A DNA stretch of 64,000 bases. Origin: an uncultured Bacteroidales bacterium (GTDB lineage: Bacteria > Bacteroidota > Bacteroidia > Bacteroidales > UBA10428). Shown here one piece after another: positions 57,520-64,000 of this stretch. Each line of letters opens with the position of its first letter. The stretch's first letter is position 1. The position numbers were made by a program, and so were the translations under genes. Where the stretch lies: the NCBI GenBank assembly GCA_964592225.1, contig CAZQCO010000005.1:10273-74272 (forward strand), given 5' to 3'. Under the pieces are notes generated by a model. The model was not told where the DNA came from and did not search any database. It worked only from the letters and a program-made list of their open reading frames with translations.

Positions 57520-58842
57520 ATGAACTCAATAGCTTTTCAGAAAATATATACCAAGATCACTCAGATTACAAAAGCAACCTGTTCTTTACATGCTTCAGGT
57601 ATTGGTTACGATGAACTGGCCTATGTACATGGTAAACTTGCCCAGGTTGTTAAAATTATTGGTGACACGGTTACTCTACAGGTTTTTGGTGGGACAGAAG
57701 GAATCCCCACCGATGCGGAGGTTACATTTCTTGGAAAAGCTCCCTCGCTAAAAGTCAGCGAAGATCTGGCGGGACGTTTTTTCAATGCCTACGGTGATCC
57801 TATCGATGGTGGACCCCCTGTCGATGGAGAAGAGCGCGAAATCGGAGGACCTTCGGTTAATCCGGTCCGCAGAGAACAACCTTCGGAACTTATTGCTACC
57901 GGTATTGCCGGAATCGACCTGAACAATACACTCGTTTCGGGACAAAAAATTCCCTTCTTTGCCGATCCTGACCAGCCCTATAACCAGGTGATGGCCATGG
58001 TGGCTCTTCGGGCAAAGACCGATAAAATTATTCTTGGTGGTATGGGGCTTACCAACGATGATTACCTGTTTTATAAAAATATTTTCGATAACGCTGGCGC
58101 CCTCAATCGTATAATCAGTTTTGTGAATACTACTGATAATCCTCCCGTCGAACGTTTACTGGTTCCTGATATGGCCCTGACAGCAGCTGAATATTTCGCT
58201 GTCGATAAAAACGAGACCGTGCTGGTGCTACTCACCGATATGACACTTTTTGCCGATGCCTTAAGTATTGTTTCTAACCGGATGGATCAAATCCCATCAA
58301 AGGATAGTATGCCCGGTTCACTTTACTCCGATCTGGCAAAAATATATGAAAAGGCAGTGCAATTCCCATCGGGCGGATCTATTACCATTATCGCAGTTAC
58401 AACACTTTCAGGCGGTGATATAACCCATGCTATTCCCGATAATACCGGCTATATTACTGAAGGCCAGCTTTTCCTTCGACGGGATACCGATATTGGAAAA
58501 GTTATTGTCGACCCGTTCAGGAGTCTTTCACGTCTGAAACAGCTCGTGATTGGTAAAAAAACCCGGGCCGATCATCCACAGGTGATGAATACGGCGGTTC
58601 GTTTATTTGCCGATGCTGCCAACGCCAAAACTAAACTCGAAAATGGTTTCGATCTCACCGATTATGATCAGCGAAGTTTGGAATATGCAAAGGAGTATTC
58701 GGAAAAACTACTGGCTATTGATGTGAATATTGATATTGACGAAATGCTCAACACAGGATGGAATCTGTTTGGAAAATATTTTAAACGCGAAGAATTAGGT
58801 ATTAAGAAGGAATTAGTTGATAAATATTGGAAGGAAAATTAA
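57520..58842 (+). CDS. ntpB: V-type ATPase subunit B
   Basis: 440 aa with 'LTDMTLFADALSIVS', 'PGSLYSDLAKIYE' and 'GSITIIAVTTLSGGDITHAIPDNTGYITEGQ'. Confidence 0.96.
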   Translation: MNSIAFQKIYTKITQITKATCSLHASGIGYDELAYVHGKLAQVVKIIGDTVTLQVFGGTEGIPTDAEVTFLGKAPSLKVSEDLAGRFFNAYGDPIDGGPPVDGEEREIGGPSVNPVRREQPSELIATGIAGIDLNNTLVSGQKIPFFADPDQPYNQVMAMVALRAKTDKIILGGMGLTNDDYLFYKNIFDNAGALNRIISFVNTTDNPPVERLLVPDMALTAAEYFAVDKNETVLVLLTDMTLFADALSIVSNRMDQIPSKDSMPGSLYSDLAKIYEKAVQFPSGGSITIIAVTTLSGGDITHAIPDNTGYITEGQLFLRRDTDIGKVIVDPFRSLSRLKQLVIGKKTRADHPQVMNTAVRLFADAANAKTKLENGFDLTDYDQRSLEYAKEYSEKLLAIDVNIDIDEMLNTGWNLFGKYFKREELGIKKELVDKYWKEN

Positions 58843-58899
58843 AAAATCTTTTTCTAGTTACAAGTTACTAGAGATAAGAATCAAGATATTTCAGAATAA

Positions 58900-58953
58900 A
58901 TGAATAATTATAAGGAATTAAAAATATGGCAGAAAGGAATGGAGATTGTATAA
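58900..58953 (+). pseudogene. 17-codon remnant of a four-helix-bundle (23S-IVS-type) protein gene
   Basis: ATG...TAA encodes MNNYKELKIWQKGMEIV*. This has the characteristic N-terminal pattern (aromatic/E-x-L-x-(V/I)-WQK-(A/G)-x-x-(L/I)) also seen in the intact copy 100 nt downstream (FEDIVAWQKARELA). Confidence 0.5.
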
Positions 58954-58961
58954 AGTTTAAT

Positions 58962-58996
58962 GTTTTGAGTTTTGAGTTTTGAGTTTTGAGTTTTGA
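58962..58996. repeat. Heptanucleotide tandem repeat (GTTTTGA)x5: left arm of the four-helix-bundle cassette
   Basis: Five perfect copies at 58962-58996, then a degenerate gtttttttga. Confidence 0.95.
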
Positions 58997-59051
58997 GTTT
59001 TTTTGAACAAAAATTGAAATCTTTTAGTAATTAATAAAATATCCTTAAATA

Positions 59052-59450
59052 ATGGCAACTATTACATGTTTTGAAGATATAGTGGCCTGGCAAAAAGCCA
59101 GAGAGTTGGCTAAGGATGTATGGTGCCTTACAGTTAACGAACCTATATCAAAAGACTTCTCCTTGATTGATCAAATGAGAAGATCGAGTGGCTCTGTTAT
59201 GGATAATATTGCTGAAGGATTTGAGAGAGGTGGTAATAAAGAATTTGTACAATTTCTTTCATACTCTAAAGGATCTTTGGGTGAAACAAAATCCCAACTT
59301 TACCGGGCATTCGATAGAAATCATATTAATCAGGAGACTCTTAATAATCAGTTTTTAAAAATTGATGAATTGGGGAATATGATTGGAGGATTAATGAGGT
59401 ACTTGAAAAACTCAAAAATAAAAGGTACAAAATTCAACACAAACTACTAA
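59052..59450 (+). CDS. Four-helix-bundle protein (23S rRNA intervening-sequence protein family)
   Basis: 132 aa. 'FEDIVAWQKARELAKDVW', 'DQMRRSSGSVMDNIAEGFERGGNKEFVQFLSYSKGSLGETKSQL' matches the family pattern (R-(A/S)-x-x-S-(I/V)-x-x-NIAEG..R....E..(Q/R)FL..(A/S).GS..E). Confidence 0.88.
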   Translation: MATITCFEDIVAWQKARELAKDVWCLTVNEPISKDFSLIDQMRRSSGSVMDNIAEGFERGGNKEFVQFLSYSKGSLGETKSQLYRAFDRNHINQETLNNQFLKIDELGNMIGGLMRYLKNSKIKGTKFNTNY

Positions 59451-59452
59451 CC

Positions 59453-59487
59453 CGAAACACGAAACAAAAAAACACGAGACACGAAAC
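59453..59487. repeat. Simple-repeat right arm (CGAAACA / CGAGACA units) of the four-helix-bundle cassette
   Basis: The sequence cgaaacacgaaacaaaaaaacacgagacacgaaac ends 7 nt before the ntpD ATG. As RNA it can pair with the GUUUUGAG units of the left arm if G:U wobble is allowed (7 of 8 positions per unit). Confidence 0.7.
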
Positions 59488-59494
59488 TAAAGAA

Positions 59495-60094
59495 ATGGCA
59501 ATAAAATTTCAATATAACAAGACTTCGTTACAAAGCCTGGAAAAACAACTCAAGGTCAGGGTACGTGCTCTACCGACCATTAAAAATAAGGAGTCGGCTT
59601 TGAGGGTTGAAGTTAAGAAGGCCAAGGATGAGACCAAACGCTTTGAAGATGAGTTAAATAAAGCCATTCAATCGTATGAAAGTATGATCGAACTATGGGG
59701 CGAGTTTGATACAAGTCTTATTAGTATAGAAGATGTTAAACTGGGTATTAAAAAAATTGCCGGTGTGAAAACTCCTGTGCTGGAAGGAATCGACTATTAT
59801 ATAAAAGAATTTAGTGTATTCAATCAACCCAAATGGTTCCTTGAAGGTTTAGCTATAATTAAAAAAATGGTTGATCTGGCAATAAACCGCGAAGTGTTTG
59901 CAAGGAAAACGGAATTGCTCGATCATGCCCGGAAAAAAACCACTCAGAAAGTTAATCTCTTCGAAAAGGTACAGATTCCCGGCTACGAAGATGCTATCCG
60001 TAAAATCAAACGGTTCATGGAAGATGAAGATAATCTCTCAAAATCGGCACAGAAAATTGTGAAAACCCGTCAGCAAAAGGAGGCAGTAGCATGA
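59495..60094 (+). CDS. ntpD: V-type ATPase subunit D
   Basis: 199 aa. N-terminus 'NKTSLQSLEKQLKVRVRALPTIKNKESAL' shows the central-stalk coiled coil. It overlaps ntpI by 4 nt. Confidence 0.9.
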   Translation: MAIKFQYNKTSLQSLEKQLKVRVRALPTIKNKESALRVEVKKAKDETKRFEDELNKAIQSYESMIELWGEFDTSLISIEDVKLGIKKIAGVKTPVLEGIDYYIKEFSVFNQPKWFLEGLAIIKKMVDLAINREVFARKTELLDHARKKTTQKVNLFEKVQIPGYEDAIRKIKRFMEDEDNLSKSAQKIVKTRQQKEAVA

Positions 60095-62103
60095 TAGTAC
60101 CGATGAAAAAATATTCTTTCCTGATTTATCACAGGGAATATATCGAGTTTCTGAAAGGAATTCAGGAACTGGGAGTATTACATGTTATTGAGAAGGAATC
60201 GGGAGAAATTCAGGACGAAGAAACACGAATAAACTATCAGCATATAAATGAACTCAGCAATGCCATAAAATTTCTCTCAAAACGTATTGTTAATTCTCAA
60301 CCCGACGAAAAAGAAAAGGACGGACTCAAAATATTAGATGAGCTAAAGAAGCTTCAGGATGATCAGGAATCCTATCAACATGAACTGACACAACTCAGAA
60401 AAGAGAAATCGTTGCTTGAATCCTGGGGCGATTTTAGCTGGGAATTGATAGAAAAACTTAAAAAATCGGGGTACCGGATTGAATTTTTTAATTGTCAGAG
60501 CCGGAATTTTAATCCCGACTGGGAAGATTCGTACACTATCTTTCGTATCAATGAATTGAGCGGACAGGTCTATTTTATTATAATAGGAAAATCCGATGAA
60601 CCGATTGAGATCGATGCAGAAAATATCAGACTTCCTGAAGTATCACTATCAAAACTCAATAAGTCGATAGGGGAAGTTGAAGGTATTCTTAAAAAAACGG
60701 AAGACCTTTTCAATGATTTTGCGGCTCAGTATCTTGAGTTACTCAAAGAGACTAAAGAAAAAATAAGCGCTCATCTCAATTTCAGCCGGGTAATTCTAAA
60801 TACTCAGAAAGAAGCGGAGGATAAGCTCATGTTTCTTGAAGGATGGGTACCGAAAGAGAAGCAAGAGAATATTAATGCTTATCTTAAGGAGCAAGGCGTT
60901 TATTATGTTGTATCAAAACCTGATCCCGATGAAAATGTACCCATTAAACTGAAAAACAGTAAATTTTCAAGGCTTTTTGAACCTGTTGGTGAACTTTACA
61001 CCATGCCCGATTACAAAGAGTTGGACTTAACCCCGTTCTTCGCGCCCTTTTTCATGATGTTTTTTGGCTTTTGCCTGGGCGATATGGGCTACGGCTTATT
61101 AATTCTCATAGCAGCCATAATTTTGCGTTTCAGAGTTAAACCCCAATTAAAACCCATTCTTACATTAGGGATTTTTCTGGGTGCCGCCACCATATTCATG
61201 GGCATGCTGGGAGGTACATTATTTGGAATCAATCTTATCGATTCGGGCTACACAATAACTGCAAAAACACTTGAAGCTCTTAAAAATTCAGGACTTCCTC
61301 ACAATCTTATTGACCAATTATCTGTCCTGACTAATTCCCATATTGAAAAGCAAAGTAATTTTCTTTCGCAAGTTAAATCGGTAATTGGCGAACCAGCCTT
61401 TCGGATGTATCGATCGCAAATCTTAAGATTCGTTGAATCTGACTATACTATTCTTAATTCATTCCGCTTCTTAATGCTCAATACCGACCAACTTATGTTA
61501 TTGGCCTTTGCAGTCGGTTTTGTTCAGACCATATTTGGAATGGGTATCAAAGCCGCCAACAAAGCCATTCAGTTTGGTATTGTGCATGCACTTTCGACCA
61601 TAGGATGGATTGCGTTAATACTGGGTGGTGTAGTTTTATACGCATTGAAGCATTTTGATGTCATTACACCCGCTCAGTTTAAAACCACTTTCATAATAAT
61701 TGGTGCGGTAACAGGTTTCTTCATTTTCTTTGTTAATAGCCCGGGTAAAAATCCTTTCCTCAACCTGGGCCTCGGAGTATGGGATACATACAATATGGCT
61801 TCAGGGCTCCTTGGCGATCTTTTATCCTATGTAAGGTTATTTGCACTGGGAATTTCAAGTGCTGTATTGGGCAATGTATTTAATCAGCTCGCTTTCAGCT
61901 TAAGTCCTGACATTATTGTCGTCGGACAGCTTGTTACCCTGATTATATTACTTTTCGGACACAGCCTCAATCTTTTCATGGCGGCCTTAGGTGCATTCGT
62001 TCATCCTCTGCGCCTGACCTTTGTTGAATTTTATAAAAATGCTGGTTTTGCCGGAGGAGGCAAAAAATATGACCCTTTCAGAAATGCTGTTAACACTCAA
62101 TAA
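60091..62103 (+). CDS. ntpI: V-type ATPase subunit I (a-subunit)
   Basis: 670 aa. A cytoplasmic N-terminal half is followed by about 7-8 TM segments. The essential Arg context is 'SYVRLFALGISS'. Confidence 0.9.
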   Translation: MIVPMKKYSFLIYHREYIEFLKGIQELGVLHVIEKESGEIQDEETRINYQHINELSNAIKFLSKRIVNSQPDEKEKDGLKILDELKKLQDDQESYQHELTQLRKEKSLLESWGDFSWELIEKLKKSGYRIEFFNCQSRNFNPDWEDSYTIFRINELSGQVYFIIIGKSDEPIEIDAENIRLPEVSLSKLNKSIGEVEGILKKTEDLFNDFAAQYLELLKETKEKISAHLNFSRVILNTQKEAEDKLMFLEGWVPKEKQENINAYLKEQGVYYVVSKPDPDENVPIKLKNSKFSRLFEPVGELYTMPDYKELDLTPFFAPFFMMFFGFCLGDMGYGLLILIAAIILRFRVKPQLKPILTLGIFLGAATIFMGMLGGTLFGINLIDSGYTITAKTLEALKNSGLPHNLIDQLSVLTNSHIEKQSNFLSQVKSVIGEPAFRMYRSQILRFVESDYTILNSFRFLMLNTDQLMLLAFAVGFVQTIFGMGIKAANKAIQFGIVHALSTIGWIALILGGVVLYALKHFDVITPAQFKTTFIIIGAVTGFFIFFVNSPGKNPFLNLGLGVWDTYNMASGLLGDLLSYVRLFALGISSAVLGNVFNQLAFSLSPDIIVVGQLVTLIILLFGHSLNLFMAALGAFVHPLRLTFVEFYKNAGFAGGGKKYDPFRNAVNTQ

Positions 62104-62135
62104 TCAGAAAAATAAATGTTTAATACAAATTATAA

Positions 62136-62600
<465 letters not shown>

Positions 62601-62623
62601 TTAAAATTTTTTAAAAATACTTT

Positions 62624-62672
62624 AAATCCTCCCGGAAAATTTTATAATTTTTGAGAGGATTTTTTGTTTTTT
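62624..62672 (+). terminator. Terminator at the end of the V-ATPase operon
   Basis: aaatcctc (62624-62631) / 23-nt loop / gaggattt (62655-62662), followed by tttttgtttttt. Confidence 0.6.
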
Positions 62673-62678
62673 ATTTTA

Positions 62679-63188
62679 ATGGATTATTTACTACTTATCC
62701 TTTCGATTATTATTATAGTACTCGGCTTTATTGGTTGCCTTCTGCCCATTTTGCCCGGACCTCCTTTGAGTTTTATCGGAATTCTTATCCTGCATTTCAC
62801 CCGTTTTGCTGACTTAACTCCCGGCACATTATTATTTCTTGGAGGATTGGCTCTTATCGTTCAGGTACTCGATTATTTTGTTCCTGCATGGGGAACGAAA
62901 AAATTCGGCGGATCGAAATATGGTACATGGGGCAGTATTCTGGGCCTTATTGCAGGATTATTCTTTATACCAGCTATAGGCCCTTTTGGTATTATAACCA
63001 TACTTGGAGGACCGTTTGTTGGTGCATTGATCGGTGAGAAAATTGCCGGGAAAGATTCAAACGTGGCTATGAAGGCTGCATTCGGATCATTTGTCGGATT
63101 TCTTACAGGTACTCTTATGAAGTTGATCACCTCATCGATCATTACCTTTTATTATGTCCGTGAAATCATCCTGCATTTTAAAAATTAA
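62679..63188 (+). CDS. DUF456 family membrane protein
   Basis: ATG 62679 (MDYLLLILS...) is preferred over the TTG at 62664, which lies inside the terminator T-run. 'LPILPGPPLSFIGIL' and Gly-rich TM segments are present. Confidence 0.7.
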   Translation: MDYLLLILSIIIIVLGFIGCLLPILPGPPLSFIGILILHFTRFADLTPGTLLFLGGLALIVQVLDYFVPAWGTKKFGGSKYGTWGSILGLIAGLFFIPAIGPFGIITILGGPFVGALIGEKIAGKDSNVAMKAAFGSFVGFLTGTLMKLITSSIITFYYVREIILHFKN

Positions 63189-63190
63189 GC

Positions 63191-63871
63191 ATGATTTACC
63201 AATTTCTTTGTTATATTCTTGTCATCCTCAGTTTTGCATGGCCGGCGGGCAAACAGGAAAGCTATTATGACTGCACACTTGAGAACTTTCGTAACGCAGA
63301 ACCATTCCTTGAATCCATTGATTTATTAAATCCTGATTATCCCAGACTAAATGCTGTGATTTTTTATCTCACAAATGAAGTAAGAAAAAAAAAGAAACTC
63401 AATATACTTCAATATGAAAAAAGACTCGAAGAGAGTGCAAGCATTCATTGCAACAGTATGATAGAGTACAGTTTTTTCGACCATATTAATCCTAAATCGA
63501 AAGAACTACGAAGTCCTAACGACCGGGCAAAATTTGCAGGTATAGCCAATCCTTATCTGGCCGAAAATATCATCGAAACATTTGTTTTACAGTATAGTGC
63601 AGGAAAGCCTGTTTTTACAGGTGAAAAAGGAATTTTCCGCTACCATCAGGAAGATGATGCGATTAAGCCTCACACCTATCTGAGTTTGGGAGAGGCATTG
63701 TTAGAAGGTTGGATGAATTCTTCCCAGCACAAGGAAAATATCCTATCCCAACAAGCAGTACAACTAGGATGTGGTACAGCCTTCTATCTCAATGAAAATT
63801 TTAATGATATGCCGACTGTAATTGCCACTCAAAATTTTCAATTGTTTGAATCTGCCAGGAGTAATCCCTGA
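63191..63871 (+). CDS. CAP (SCP/PR-1-like) domain protein
   Basis: 226 aa with an N-terminal hydrophobic segment. 'HCNSMIEYSFFDHINP' and 'GWMNSSQHKENIL' are CAP-domain signatures. Confidence 0.75.
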   Translation: MIYQFLCYILVILSFAWPAGKQESYYDCTLENFRNAEPFLESIDLLNPDYPRLNAVIFYLTNEVRKKKKLNILQYEKRLEESASIHCNSMIEYSFFDHINPKSKELRSPNDRAKFAGIANPYLAENIIETFVLQYSAGKPVFTGEKGIFRYHQEDDAIKPHTYLSLGEALLEGWMNSSQHKENILSQQAVQLGCGTAFYLNENFNDMPTVIATQNFQLFESARSNP

Positions 63872-63904
63872 CAAACAGAAGGCATTAAAATGTGTATCAC
63901 CAGG

Positions 63905-64000
63905 TTAATCCTGTAAAGCAGCAACAGCCACTCTTACCTTGTTGGTGTGCGCACGCAGAACTCTGAGATTTCTTCCGGCAACTGTTTTTCCGTCAAGGGT
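63905..64000 (-). CDS. 3' end of an unidentified gene running off the window
   Basis: The minus-strand frame is open to the window edge: ...TLDGKTVAGRNLRVLRAHTNKVRVAVAALQD*. It is too short to identify. Confidence 0.3.
   Translation of the reverse strand, partial: TLDGKTVAGRNLRVLRAHTNKVRVAVAALQD

Noticed and set aside
58962-59006. Tandem gttttga units that superficially resemble the start of a CRISPR repeat (GTTTTAGAG-like)
   Set aside because: The period is 7 nt with no spacers. It is a microsatellite forming the arm of the four-helix-bundle cassette, not a repeat-spacer array. No cas genes are in the window.

Overview
This is an AT-rich chromosomal segment whose gene content and order look like Bacteroidota: fused FeoAB, DUF4293, DUF1573, DUF3276, a long NusB, and a V-type ATPase operon ordered E / DUF2764 / A / B / D / I / K. 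All protein family calls come from motifs read in the supplied translations. No database search was run.

Most of the window is housekeeping:
- xylA (cut by the window edge) plus a mutarotase
- tkt, pyrBI, and dnaA with an adjacent very AT-rich spacer
- pfk, pdxB, feoAB, nusB, yajC, coaE, mazG, phoH, purC, zwf-pgl
- a 7-gene V-type ATPase operon

I found no rRNA, tRNA, CRISPR array or classical IS/transposase.

The stand-out region is about 18.4-27.9 kb. It holds an unannotated 43-codon minus-strand ORF (24200-24331), too short for the ORF track. It encodes a textbook double-glycine leader followed by an 11-residue polyproline core: ...LNLEEMSKIRGG|GKIPPPPPDFE. Around it sit:
- a C39-peptidase ABC exporter and its HlyD partner
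- a histidine kinase with no sensor domain
- a single-pass anti-sigma-like TPR protein
- a membrane-anchored, apparently extracytoplasmic TPR-CHAT protease
- an ECF-type sigma factor

I propose this is a candidate exported-peptide / CHAT-protease / anti-sigma / sigma signalling module. That function is inference, not demonstrated.

Other notable items:
- A four-helix-bundle (23S-IVS-type) gene cassette lies between the V-ATPase B and D genes. It has simple-repeat arms that are largely complementary if G:U pairs are allowed, and a remnant of a second cassette sits beside it.
- An apparently ORF-less relative of that cassette splits a terminator hairpin downstream of tkt.
- A (ACAATA)6 microsatellite lies just upstream of the V-ATPase operon.
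- A 1102-aa kinase is built from tandem PAS plus coiled-coil modules.
- An orphan intrinsic terminator may mark a small RNA.
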